DNA of 64,000 nt from Lama glama. Its lineage: Eukaryota. Below, piece after piece: positions 23,601 through 36,750 of the stretch. The translations under genes and the position numbers were made by a program. The first letter of the stretch is position 1, and the number at the start of each line of letters is the position of its first letter. The notes under the pieces are model-generated. The model was not told the origin of the DNA, made no database searches, and saw only the letters and a list, made by a program, of their open reading frames with translations. The DNA lies in assembly GCA_028534125.1 (NCBI GenBank), contig CM052817.1, forward strand, positions 1,118,001 through 1,182,000. The letters are read 5' to 3'.

Positions 23601-26600
23601 TACAATTCACCACACAATGAATTAAAAAAGAAAAACCAATTAGACAGAATTTAGAGTAAAAAAGAAACCCTCACATTTATGGTGAACTTATTTTTGACAA
23701 AAGCGCTAAGGCATTTAAATGAGGGGAAAGGATGGTCTTGGCAACAAATGGTGCTGGAAAAATTGACTATCGATTCACAAAAACATGAATTCAGACACTT
23801 GCTTCCAGCCATATAAAAAAATCAGTTAAAAATGGAACATAGATCTAAAAGTAAAACCAGAAACTATAAAACTTCCAGAAGAAAATGGGATGAAGTCTTT
23901 GTGACCTTGGTTTAGGCAAAGATTTCCAAGACTCAGTATCAAAAAACACGATCCATAGAAGAACACACTGACAAATCAGAATCTGTTGAAATTTAAGACT
24001 CCTGCTCTTTAAAAGCTGGTGTTTAAAGAACGAAAAGACACACCGCAGACTTGAAGGAAATATTTCCAAAATATATACCTGAGAAAGGACTTGCATCTAG
24101 AATATGTAAAGAACTCTCAAAACTCCGTGATAAGAAAAAAAAAAACCCTAAAAATGTGCACGAGATTTGACTAGATGCTCCATTAAACAAGAAAAATGAA
24201 TGCAAATAAGCACGTGGGAAGATGCCCAACATCACCAGTCCTTAGGGCAATGCAGTCAGAGCCACAGTGAGACACCTATCAGAACGGTAAGGTGGAAAAG
24301 ACTGGCTGTACCAAGTGCTGGTGGGGACGTGAAGCAGGTGGGACTCTCAGGTGCTGCTGGCACGAACGGCAAGTGGCACAATCACTTTGGAAAACAGTTT
24401 CCCAGTTTCTTAAAAATTGAAACATACATATCTACCATTTGACCCAACTGCTCCACTCCCTGGTACTTAGAGAGAGAAGAGAAGTGATATGTCCATATAA
24501 GGACTGTGCACGACTGTGCGCAGCAATAACCCTAAGTGGAGACGGCTCAGACACTGAGCAACAAGTGACTGTAAGTATCTTTCTTTCTTATGGGTGAGTT
24601 GTGTTCCATTACGTGTATATATGCTGCATCTCCAATATCTATTCAACTATCGATGTGCACTTGGGGTGCTTCCATATCTTGGCAATTATAAATAATGTTG
24701 CTGTTAATAGCAGGGTGTATGTATCTTTCTGAATTAATTCTTGTTTTGTGGTTGGCTTTATTCCTTTGATAACTATGTAAGTTTAAAAGCTAAAGCTGTA
24801 AACATTCTTAGAAACAATGAGCAGTACATATAAGTAAATTAAAAACTATACATGCATTAAAAAAATGATCTATCAAGCCATGAAAGATATGGAAGAAACT
24901 TAAAAGACACTATTAAATGAAAGAAGCCAGTCCGAAAAGGGTACAAACTGTACGATTCCAACCAAAGGACATTCTGGAAAAGGCACAGCTACAGAAACCG
25001 TAAAAAGATCGTGGTTTCCAGGGGTTTGGGGAGAGGGAGGGAGGGAGGAATGAACAGATGGAGCACAAGGGATTTTTAGGGCAATGAAATTATTCTATAT
25101 GATACCATAGTGGTGGCTACATGTCATTATGCATTTGTCAAAACCCACAGAATGTACAACACCAAGAGTGAACCCTCATGTAAACTATGGACTTTGGTTG
25201 ATAATAATGTGCCCATATTGGTTCATTGATGGTACCAAACATGCCACACTGATGAGGGATGTTGAGGGTAGGGGCGTATATACATGTGGGTGGGGCGGGC
25301 TACGTGCAAACTCTCTGCATTTTCTGCTCAATTCTGTTGTGAGCCTGAAACTTCTCTAAAAGAATAAAGTATATTAAAACAAACAAACAAACAAACAAAC
25401 AAATTGTGGTACACAGATCCAGTGGGATAGTACTCAGTGATAAAAAGGAATAAACTATTGAACCAGAGAACATGGCTGAATCTCAAAATAACGCTGAGTG
25501 TTAAGAAACTGGACAAAAAAGGGTACGTAACATGTGATTTCATTTATATAAATTTCCAGAAAATGTAAACTAATATATAGTGACAAAAAGCAAGTCAGTA
25601 GTTGTGTGAGGTTGTGGGTGAAGGTTGGGGCTGAGGGGGAGGATTACAAAGGGGCACAAGGATACTCTGAGGGGTGACGCATATGTTCACTATCTTGATT
25701 GTGTAAAGATGTCATGGTTGTATATATGTCAAAACTCACCAAATTGTTTGCAATATGTGAAGTTCATTGTATGTCAATTATACCTCAATAAAGCTGTTAA
25801 AAAAGTTGAGGTTCCTATTTCTGGTTAAGAATAAATCCAGCTCAGGGTGGGAGGGTATAGGTCAGTGGTGGAGCACATGCTTAGCATGCACGAGGTCCTG
25901 GGTTCAATCCCCAGTACCGCCACTTAAAAAATGAATAAATAAATAAACCTAATTAAGTCCTCCCACCAAAAAAAAAAAAAATCCAGCTCCACTGAATGCA
26001 GCTGTAAGAATTGGACAGAATGCACAGGACAACAATTTGAAGACTTGATAAACTAATAAAAGCAGGCAGATTGGAGAGGCTGACCAGGATCTGAAGTGCT
26101 ACCCAACCGGCAATGAGCTGAGCATTTCTTCCTCTTGGTCCTCCTGCCACTTGGCCCCAGACATGGGGCCAACAGCATGAAGTGTGCAGCAGAACAGAGA
26201 TACTAAAGCCTCAGATTTCTGGCAGGAAGATCAAAAAAAAGAGTGAGCACCAAAGAAACAGACCTTAAGTAAGAAGACTGCAGAGAGGGAGGAGCTTGGG
26301 AAAAGGAGTTAGTTACAAACCGCTGGGCTCAGCTTCAAGCTGCATGCGTGTGGATGTCATCCTAAATGGCATTCCGACGACTCTGAGAACTGTCCTGCTG
26401 TGCGCCAGAAACAGATACAACACTAAACTGGTTACACTTCAATTTAAAAAAAGACTCTGAGGACTGAACTAGATAGACCACAACCCAATTCCCAGCCACG
26501 GAACTGACTGACCGCCGGGTGGCCACCGTTTGGGAATACCTGAATAGTACTACAGAGGGTCTGAAAACTGAACATGCATTGGAACCAGAGCTCGTGGAGG

Positions 26601-26880
26601 GAAGGTCACAGCTTGCAACCTGGACCTAACCACTGACTGCCCACCCACTAAAACAAAAATATCAACATTGTAGTGGGATTTCTAAACAACACCCAGATTC
26701 TCATAGCACAATATTCCAAATGTTGAGGATACAACCCCAGATTACTGGACACATGAAGAAGCAGGGAAATATCAAATTACACTGGAAAAGACAATCGAAA
26801 GATATCAATGACAAGATGATAGAGATGATGATATTATCTGACAAAAACTTTAAAACAGCTACTATAAAAATGCTCCAATA
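20700..26880 (+). mobile_element. Cluster of old L1 relics (5'/ORF1, ORF2 and several 3' ends)
   Basis: ORF1-type (ccacagatccaagaaactcaa, catcaacagcagacccacact), ORF2-type and 3'UTR motifs; one short minus-strand L1 piece at ~24570-24740. Confidence 0.85.
25844..25978 (+). mobile_element. Vic-1-type SINE with target-site duplication
   Basis: TSD aaatccagctc at 25833-25843 and 25979-25989; A/B-box-like head and poly-A. Confidence 0.92.
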
Positions 26881-27439
26881 TATTTATTATGTGTATTACT
26901 GAGACGAGTTGAATCAATTGAATCAACTCTATTCTCACAGTTCTTAAATAAACTATATCCTGTTAATGCTTCATTAAAATGTCAGAATATGGGAAAGACA
27001 TGAGTCAACCAAAATACAAAAACAGTGTACATTCCCATTATGAGAAATAACCATGAAGCAGAACACAAAAGTGGGTGGTAAGACCTTCAGCAGTCAGCTG
27101 GTAACAGTAACCCCCCAGGAGGGCATGTGTGAGACAGAAACTAGCTTGCTGGAAATGTTGAAAACCGGTTATAATCTGGTCTTTTAAAATATCGATTGAG
27201 TGTAGTTTGTATGCTTTAAACCAAAAGACAATTCAAGTCCTAGCCGTTCTATGGCACCACTGTGTACCTGCACAGTGTCTGGTTAAGTGTGTACTGCTGG
27301 ATTACATGTGAAAAAATGAAAGCACTGAAGTGCTGTAAGAAAAGAGGCAAACGCTGGACGGGACGTGAAGCACACGCCCCCCCACAGAGGGCCGGCAGAG
27401 TGACACCGACCAGAGTGAAGGGCGAGGTGGCTTGTTTAT

Positions 27440-27598
27440 TCTAAAACAACTTGCAGGGATACAGTGTACAGCGCAGGGAACAGTCAACAACATCGCAGTA
27501 ACTTTGTATGGTGCATAACGCACAAAAACATCGAATCACTGTCGTACACCTGACACCAATATACTATTGTAACTCAACTCTACTTCAATTAAAAAAAG
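27440..27598 (+). mobile_element. 5'-truncated L1 3' tail
   Basis: tacacctgacaccaatatactattgtaactcaactctacttcaattaaaaaaa; agagtgaa occurs on both sides. Confidence 0.75.
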
Positions 27599-28599
27599 AG
27601 TGAAATGGGACTCTGTCAGATGAAGTGCAGGGATTCCACAAGCTGCTGCTGACAGAAAAGGTAGAAAAATAAAATTCTAATTCTGTAAAATAAAGAATGA
27701 CAAAGTCATTACACATCTCTGTGTATAAATGTATAGATACATATGGGTCTATGTAAGATTTTGTTACAAGTCTGGAGGAAAATATGAATTTTCTAGGCTG
27801 CTAGCATGAGCTACCGACGGCCCTGAGACTGAGGGTACAGGCACAGGTTTGGGTGTGGTGAGGGAGCGTCTACAATAAAAACAACTTGTATGATGTAATC
27901 CCATTCGCGCAGAGGTACGTGTGTGGGTGTGCACATGCATGTGCACATAAAGCAGCAGCGTGGTCACCAAATGCTAGTGATGGTTATCGCTGGGCTGTGG
28001 CGTTTCAGTGACTTCTACTTTGTTATTTATATTTTTACTTATTATTTGAATTCTTTAGAACTATTGTATATTATTTGTATAATAAGAAAGCTATTCTAAG
28101 TGTAGCAAGCATTGTACACCTTAAAAAGGGGCAGAAGAGAAACGGAGAAAAAGACTTCAGTGTTTTACAAAGGGTTCATCTTTAATATACAGAGAGCTTT
28201 TCCATGCCTATTAAAAAATACACATCCTGCAGAGATGTGGGCAAAGCGATGTGAACAGACAATTTGCAGAAGAATGACTCTTACATTGTCAACCTCACTT
28301 AATTTTTCAAGGGACAGAAATTTAAAGATCAAGCCAGGAACTCGTAGTCAAAATGAAGACTCCCTGCACTGGCAGAGATGTAGAGAACCGAACATTTCAC
28401 AAGCTGTTTGATGGGGAAAGTAAAATCTTTTTTTTTTCTGGAGGACAATTTAACAATGTAAAGCCTTAAAAATACACATACACTTGGACTCGTAGGTTCC
28501 ATCTATTTCCGCTTATGCCATGGAAATCAACAGGGAAATGAACCAAAAACAGATGTCCAAGGATGCTTACGGTACCTCCACACGAAACAGGTAAAACCC

Positions 28600-29110
28600 A
28601 GAACAGCCTCACTGGCCCTCGGCGCGGGCGGCTGTTACGACGGGGACGCAGACCCCCAGGACAGGTGCGGGCCGAACACACACCTCACGTTTATCTCCTC
28701 GTTCAAAACGTTCAGTCGCAACCACAGAAAAGTAAGCACAACCAGAGCACACAGAAAACGTGGGAGGAGGGCTGCCCGCAAACCAGGGCGGAGGCGTTTC
28801 TGAAAGAGCGACAGCTCAGCAGGAGCGAGCCCGGCGGTGGGACGGAAGATGGGGACCCCGACCCCGTTCGGCCGAAGCAAGGACCTCCGCAAGCGGCGAG
28901 CCTTCCCGCAGGGCCCCTCCGCGGCGCCGGCGGAGCAGCGCCCTCAGGCGGGATGCCCCGCACACGGCCCCCCGAGGCGTGGGCGCGGCCACGCGGGCGC
29001 TCGGCGCCCCGAGGGGGGTCCCCCCGCGGGCGCCCCGCTCGCCGTCTCTGTGCGTGTGCGCAGGCGCAGGCGGCCCCACAACGGGAAGGGAAGGAGGGCT
29101 CGTGTTCTGG
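28600..29110. promoter_or_regulatory. Intronic CpG island with NRF1-type motif
   Basis: Very CpG-dense stretch in an otherwise CpG-depleted intron; TGCGCAGGCGCA at 29057-29068. Confidence 0.7.
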
Positions 29111-29544
29111 TCTATGAACTTCCACCGCCCTTGAATTTCTTCACTAGGAACACGTCCCCATGTGCACGTGTACTACCCAGTGCCGATTTAAATAATTCAG
29201 GCATGTAATTCGCACGCTTAAGTAATTCAAATATTTAAATCTACAATAGATTCAGGTCAACACTGAAGTCTAATGTTAAGACATCTTAAATAAAATTTAA
29301 AAGTATAAAAGTGTGGTTTCATTTTTATGTAAAAATAGTATTTTATAAATACATGTGCTTAGCAAGAACTCTGGAAGGCTAGACACCGAGCCGCTAACTG
29401 CGGTTAACGCTGCCTGGTGGCGCGATCAGTGACTTCTATTAGTTATTTTACATTTCTTTTCTGTACTTAAGGAATTGTTCTGTAATGAGAAATTAGTGAC
29501 AAGTCGTTTTACTTTAAAAATATAAAGCATTTAAAAAGTTTTAA

Positions 29545-30131
29545 AGGGGATTGTTTCTTTACTTTTTCTGTTGATTCATCGTTAGTGTAAAGAAATGCAA
29601 CTGATTTTTGAACGTTAATCTTGTAACCTGCTACCTGGCTGAATTCTTCGTTCAGCTCTAGTAGGTTTTGTGTGGACCTTTTAGGGTTTTCTAAATATAG
29701 TAACATGTTGTTGGCATACAGTGACACTTTTACCTCTTCTTTTCCAATTTGGATCCTTTTATTGCTCTCTCTTGCCTGATTGCTGTGGCTAGGACTTCCA
29801 GGACTGTGTTGAATAGGAGTGGTGATAGTGGGCAGCCTCGTCTTGTCCCAGATTTTAGTGAGAAGCTTTTGATTTTCTCACCGTTGAGTACTATGCTGGC
29901 TGTAGGTTTGTCATCTATAGCTTTTATTATGTTGAGATATGTTCCCACTTCACCCACTTTGGTGAGAGTTTTTATCATAAATGGGTGTTGAATTTTATCA
30001 AAAGCTTTTTCTGCATCGATTGAGATGATCATGTGGTTTTTGTCCTTTCTCTTGTTGATGTGATGTATCGCATTGATTGATTTGCGTATGTTGAACCACC
30101 CTTGTGTCCCTGGGATGAACCCCACTTGGTC
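29545..30131 (-). mobile_element. Internal L1 ORF2 reverse-transcriptase fragment
   Basis: [46 protein letters not shown]; frameshift; catalytic ADD reads ANN. Confidence 0.95.
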
Positions 30132-30597
30132 AGTTAATTGCGTTAAATGCTTCTGAGGCAGCATCATAAAATTCAGGGGCATTTATAGATTCTCTCATCA
30201 GAGGTAGTCTTAACAGCAACAAAGAAATGGAGGTGGCCATCAGAGCACCAGATATTTCAACACATTTCTAGAAGTCCGAAGCCACCTGTCCAGCACAAAT
30301 CTGAAAACCAAGGTGGCGGGGAACAGGTACCCGTCCCTCCTGCCCTTAGCACCGGAGCGTGCGGCTCTGGGCAGGAAGACGCCCCAGTAAGTCAACACTG
30401 TGCAAGTGGGGCCATGTGTCCTGATCCCCTACCAAGTCCCCCAAACATGGGAGGCGCTAAATAAATACTAGCTGAGTCAATAAACAGAGACCCCCCTACA
30501 ACCGATCAGTATGGGATCCCCTCTTAGGAACAAACCCACGGCTAGGTGACACCTCAGTTCAGACACAGACACGGACACTGAACAGGAGCTGACTTAC

Positions 30598-30663
30598 AGG
30601 ATGCTTGGCTGACAGCCTCCTGGTCACAGTCCCAGTCTGGTTCCACGTGGAGGAGATGGAGCC
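30598..30663 (-). CDS. POLN: POLN coding exon (66 nt), family-A motif 2
   Basis: [35 protein letters not shown] (human TVTGRLSAKHP). Confidence 0.95.
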
Positions 30664-31261
30664 CTTCATCAGTTAGAGAGAACCAGTTATACTCCGACAA
30701 GGCTGCACGAGGTCAAGGCACACTGGACTCGTCAGCCTCTCGGCTGCAGCGTGCACCGTTCACTGCTCCACTCCAGAGACCCCTGAGTCACTGCCCTGAG
30801 CTCCCAACCCGAACTGTCCTCGGGGTCATAAAACTCCTACGTGTGGTCACGGGTGAAGGAGATTCTCTCCTAGCCCACGCAATAGGACACGTGGGCCAAT
30901 GCACCGTGGGCTCAGCATGGACTCAGCGTGGGGCTGCGCATGTTGCCGTGTGGCCTCAGACAAGTCACAGAACACCTCTGACTGCAGACTCCTCATGTAT
31001 GAACTAAAACAACATCTCCCTAAGCGACTGCTGAAGAGAGATGCAGAAATAGATGTGAAAGCGTGTGGCCAGCAGCAGAGCTGCCACGTAAAAGTGAGAT
31101 GTTAAGGAATAATGTCAACTTATGCTATAGACCTGAATGATAACAAAATCGTAGTTCATAGTTTTAGGAATATTAGGTTATTTAAAGAAATTCTACATGT
31201 GTCTGAACCCATGTGTAAACCGTATTCCTGATCAAAATATCTTTTTTTTAGCTTTAGTTAC

Positions 31262-31315
31262 CTTTTTCATGCAAGCAAGTAATCCATCTACAAAAGTTGA
31301 CTTGATCTTGTGAGC
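31262..31315 (-). CDS. POLN: POLN coding exon (54 nt)
   Basis: AATCCAG| AHKIKSTFVDGLLACMKK |GTAACT. Confidence 0.95.
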
Positions 31316-32176
31316 CTGGATTACAAAGACAAAAATAATCACTTTCTTTGTACGAGTTTTTAAATTAGGAGCAAGCATCAACGCAGTGCTTCATGGGGTG
31401 CTGGGTGTGTGCCGCTGATGCCACCTCAGACAACTCCAGGAGGCCCTGGAGTGGCCTCAGGTGGTGCCCAGAAATAAATAACAATGACCAACAGACAGAG
31501 GTGTCACCCTATCCCTTTTAAAGTCAAAATGAACTTTTTGTTCTGGAATAATTCTTTTCACAGAAAAGTTGCACAGATAAATGGGGAGTTCTCGAATACC
31601 CGCCCTCCAGCATGCCCTGAGGGACCCCTTCTCCGTCCATTCTCGGTCCACGCTACCGTCACACCTCTCGAGCTGCCTAGCCCTGACAAGGACAGCAGTC
31701 AATCACCACAGTCGCTTATGCGAACTTATGCGTGAACACAGAAACACGAGTAGCTAGAAGAGGACAGAGGACTGTGTCTGGAAGTCAGTAAATACCAATG
31801 CGAGACGGCAGAGCGCGGCCTGGCCTAGAAATGGGCAGGGGCTCCTGGGAGAGGCCTCTAAGCTCGGGACTAAGGGCGCCCAGCTCACACTGCGGCCACA
31901 CGAGGAGGATGCGCTGGATACGTCCCTCTGGATTTCCATTCGTTCTCTTCCGTTTGTGACTCCTTTGGTTCACAATGCTGAGCAGGGCAGTTTGTAGACT
32001 TGAGTAATAGCATGTCTGGGCACAAGTAAGCAGGGCTAACTCGAGGGCAACCCGAACAAACCCTGTTCCCTTTAGAACACTGTCAGGGCTACTTCAGTGA
32101 CCATGGATTTGTGAACAGACCCGGTGTCGCGTGGTTCCCCTTCATTACCAACTTACGTACAAAAAAATTAACTTAC

Positions 32177-32233
32177 CTGCCTATATTCCAAAATTATTTT
32201 GGGTAATGGATGAAGGTCTTGCAGAGCATTTAA
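32177..32233 (-). CDS. POLN: POLN coding exon (57 nt)
   Basis: TTTTTTAG| LNALQDLHPLPKIILEYRQ |GTAAGT. Confidence 0.95.
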
Positions 32234-32579
32234 CTAAAAAAAAGAATAAATGTCATCAATATAATTCCTTCATTTAATTTTAACATTTGAAACACTTATT
32301 TTCAGCTAGAGAAAGCCCTAATAATAAATGGTCTATCTTGAGCATATTTTCCAAAATGAAGACTCATAATAAACTCAGTTTATCAAGTGTCTTAATCTTA
32401 ATCCCCTGCAAAATCATTATTTTGGGAGATAAAAGTACTCACATGAGCTTGGAAATAAGATTTATTTCCTCTTGAGACTTAGTGAGTAACTCACTAGTGT
32501 GGGGACACCCACATCTGAGTCACAATTATCTAGGTGTAAAGTCAGGGAGGTAACACTGGAGTGTGATCATGGGTTTTAA

Positions 32580-34555
32580 AGTTAATCTTAGGAAGCCAAA
32601 ATATACATAAGAGAAAGTATAAGATCATATGAACACAGCTTGTTAAATTATCACAAAGTAAGTACCCTTGGGTACTGTCACCCAGAGGGAACACTCCAGT
32701 TTCCCAAGCAGGTCTCTGCTTCCCCTGCCATCCTCCCCAGAGGTAACCGCCACCCTGACCTTGACCAGCAAGACCAAGACCACGTTTTCCAGGTTCTGAA
32801 CCTCCTATCAATGGGACAGGATAGGTACTCTTTGTGTGTGGCTTCTTTTGTTCAACATCATGGTTTTAAGACTGGTCCTTGTTGTGTGAAGCGGTATTTC
32901 ATTTACTTGCACTGCTGTATGGAATTGTTTTCAACACAGGACAATTATTTATCCATTCTGTCCTTCATGGATATGGGGTTATTTCCACTTCAGATACATA
33001 GATTTTGGTTAACATACATCCACAGTATTTTGGTAATGCATGTCGATGGAATACTACACACCCATAAAAAAGAATAAAATAATGCCATTTACAGCAACAT
33101 GGATGGACCTGGAGACTGTCATTCTAAGTGAAATAAGCCAGAAAGAGAAAGAAAAATACTCTATGATATCACTTATATGCAGAATCTTTAAAAAGAAAAA
33201 AAGAAGACACTAATGAACTTAACTACAAAACAGAAACAGACTCGCAGACATAGTAAACAATCTTATGGTTACTGGGGGAAAGGAGGTGGGAAGGGATAAA
33301 TTTGGCAGTTTGAGATTTGCGAATGTTAACCACTATATATAAAAATATATTTTAAAAAGTCTTCTTTACAGCACAGGAAACTATAGTCAATATCTTATAA
33401 TAACCTTCAATGAAAAAGAATATGAAAATGAATGTGTGTGTGTATAAGCATGACTGGGACATTGTGCCATACACCAGAGAGTGACACATTGTGACTGACT
33501 GTACTTCAATTAAAAAATTAAGAAAAAGGAGGAGTGAGGTTGCCAGGTCCGTGGAGTAGAGCTAACACCAGCCTGTCCTCCAGAGTAAGCGTGCCGGTTT
33601 ACGTCCCTGTCACCGGTGCATGGCACTGCTGCTCCACGTCTTTGCCAACACACATTATCGTAGGTCTTAATTTTAGTCCTTCTGGTAAATGCAAAGTCTT
33701 ACTTCACTGTAGCTCTAGTGTGCATTTCCCTAATAAAGTCAGGCATTAGTCAAACGTTTATTGACTAATTGTGTATCTTCTTTTATTAAACCCCTGTTCA
33801 TGTTTTCTGTCCATTTTAAAACATTGGTTTGTGTGTCTTTTTCTTCTGGATTTATAGGAATTCATTATTCTGGGCAGGGTTTCCTTTAGTTGGCTCTCCT
33901 TGGTGAGATATCTTCTACCCTTCTGTGGCTTGCTTTTTCACTTTTTAATAGTGTCTCTTCATAAACAGATTCTTAGTTTTACTGTTGCCCAGTTTATCGG
34001 TTTCTTCCCTTACGCTTGATGCATTTTGTGTCCTGTTTAAGGATGCTTATCTACCTCAAGGTCTTGGAAATATTCTTTTATGGTACCTTCTACAACCTTT
34101 GTTTTACTTTTTATGTTTAGAAACACAGTTCACTCGGAATTTATTTCTGCACGTGGTGTGAAGTAGCGGCCAAGATGCACTGGCCCTGCATGTAACAAAC
34201 CCTCCTCACTATTGCTTTGCAGGGCAGCCCTTTCAGAGATCATGCGTTTTATCCATACACGTGAGGTCTGTGTGGAGAGTCCTTGTCCTGGCCCACTGGT
34301 CTACTTGTTTATCCTTGAATCGATAATACGTTGAACTCATCAGTTCCTCGTAACTCTGTTGTTTCACTACTGCTCTTGATACGCAGTAGGCCTCTTCCCG
34401 AGATCATCTTGGCTCTTCTTAGTTTTTGCATGTCCATATATGTTTGGGATTCAGCTTGCCAATATCTACCAAAAGCTCCTGCTAGGGTATTAGTGAGGAT
34501 CACTTTTAATCTACGAAGCAATCTCGGGGAGAACTGATGATACAATTTTAATGCA
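32580..34555 (-). mobile_element. Old L1 3' relic interrupted by a younger plus-strand L1 3' end (~33040-33525)
   Basis: Insert has gcaacatggatggacctggagactgtcattctaagtgaaataagccag and ends gactgtacttcaattaaaaaa. Confidence 0.8.
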
Positions 34556-35089
34556 TAAACCACAGAACTGTACTCTCCGTTTGCATAAAGACTGAGGACA
34601 CAAGTCTTGGCCAGCCACAGAAACCAACACTGGTGTCCTTGGAGTAGGCACCGCCCAGAGGGAGGAGTCCTGCCTCAGTGTCATCCAGAATTGTAGTTTT
34701 TTAGAAAAGCTGTCCCTAGGGGGATGAAAGTGCATGAAGATACTCAGCCAAGAAAATTGCTGAAGATCAACTAACTCTCCTTTTCCTGATACCCTACTCA
34801 CAAAATAACTTTCTAACCACAGTCTCCCTGTGTATCTTGAATCGAGCTGTCTGAGAACACTTGAAAAGAATTAAGTGTTTGATTTCCTTAAACTCTGGAT
34901 AAAGCCCTGCTGTGCCGGTGAACGATCAGAGGCAGAGGCCGTGGCCACCTGCCGCCCCACAAGCCCGAGCACATGCCCCCTGTTGGCTCCCGACACCGCA
35001 CTCTTCTCTCCCTCCCCACCGTGGCCCCTCGGTAGCCTGCAGCCTCTGCGGGTACCTCTCCTCTGTCTGACCCTGAATGTCAGTGTTGC

Positions 35090-36750
35090 AGAGATCAGTT
35101 CTGTGGTTATCGGTGTCGGCTACGTACAGAATCAGTGGGGAGCTTCAAAAACATGTACGTGACTGGGCCACCCAGCCCACAGACCCTGATTCTGTGGGTC
35201 AGTATGGGTCTGGGCATGAGTGTTTTCCCAAAGTTCCTGCCAGGGCGGAGGACCACTGTCCCAGGCGGTCACCTGCCCGACTTTAATAAAGTCGGCTGAC
35301 CACTTCCAAGTGTGCATCTCCAGCACAAGACTTCTCCTCAGAGCCAACTGCTCGTGTGATGTCTCTGTGTCAAGTCTTCTGAACACTTCTGTCTTAACGT
35401 GCCCAAGATCGAACCATGTCCCCCCTCCCCAGTAAACTGCTCCTCCCCCAGTTTCTCTGAGTAGCAAACATCTCTATCTGCTCAGGTGCACAACTCAGAA
35501 AACCAGGAATTACTCTGCATTCACACCCACAGAAGTTCCCTTCTGTTCTAAAAACGCTCTGAAAACATGTCTGCTGTGCTCCTTCTTCACGGCCACCACT
35601 TGGACTCCAGGGCTATCAGATCCCACACTACAGCCACAGCCTCTCCAACCAGCTACAAGAGTAGTCTTTTTAAAACATAGCTAATGCCTGTCAAACTGGC
35701 CAAAATCCAGGACGCTGACACCGCCACTTGTGGGCGAGGACATGGAGCAACGAGGACTCTCCTCACCGCTGGTGGGAACACAGAATGGCGCAGCCACCTT
35801 GGAAGAGGGCTAATCCAGGCCATGTGGCTCTGGGGAGGTAGTGAGCTAGTCAGAGGAAGTCTTTGATCTGTGTGGAACAAGCAAACAAGTAACTAGATAA
35901 CTTCAGGTAACAGCAAGTTGTATGCAGAAAGCAAATCAAGGTGAAGAAATAGGTTGCAGCTGGGGGCCTGTCATCTGTGACCAAAGAAGGTCTTTCTGGA
36001 AGCAGTACTTAAGCTGACAGCCAGAAACCAGCTATGCAAAACCTGTGGTAAGAGTCTCCAGGGTGAGGAAAGAGCTTCTGCAGGAATCCTCGGGGCAGCA
36101 AGCGTGCTAAGGAGGGTGCTGGGAGGGAGGAGGGAGGGAGGTCAGAGAAGGGGCAAGGCCAGACCCACACGCCTAGGGGGACAGACCCCAGAGCCTGGAT
36201 TTTATTCGAAGTGTCATGCAAAGCCACTGGAAGTTTAAGGCAGGGGAGCGACAGGATTTTTCTAACGCTTTTAAAGATCATCCTGCCTGGACGTGATGAG
36301 TCACCAGCAGGGAAAGGGCAGAAGCCGGGCGACCACTTAGGAGGCTCTGGGGCCGTCTAAGCGGGAGGAGACTGAGGCGGTGACAGGGAAGACAGAGGCA
36401 AGCAGGCAGACTCACGGCACGTTTTTGTAGGCAGACGTCATAAACTTGCCATGGGGTGAGCATGAAGGAGAATCAAGATGACTCCTAGGATTTTGGATGA
36501 AGTAGCTAATAATAACAGCCAATACTGACTAGTCTTTGAGAGCTCATAGCTCCTAAATACTGTTCTATACCACCACCACGCACACGCATACACACGCACA
36601 CACGCTGAATCCTCACGAGATTCCAGTAGGGAAAGCACTTTTATCATGTTTCTTTTACAGATCAGGAAACTGAGGCACAGAGCAGTCAAGTAACGTGTCC
36701 TACACTGTGCAGCTGGGGCGTGGGCTGACCCCCAGCCCTTGCTCTACCAC
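35090..36750. mobile_element. Ancient repeats: MER5A-like, L2 (both strands) and MIR
   Basis: MIR core ttttacagatcaggaaactgaggcacagag (~36650); L2 motifs ggagaatcaagatgactcctagga and aagccactggaagtttaaggcagggg. Confidence 0.65.

Noticed and set aside
25844..25925. tRNA-like sequence (also at ~4350, 40070, 55540 and 61390)
   Set aside because: These are SINE heads with AT-rich tails and, in several cases, TSDs; not tRNA genes.
28563..29208. Several overlapping 120-180 aa ORFs
   Set aside because: Explained by the low stop-codon frequency of the CpG island; low-complexity Arg/Pro/Gly/Ala translations.
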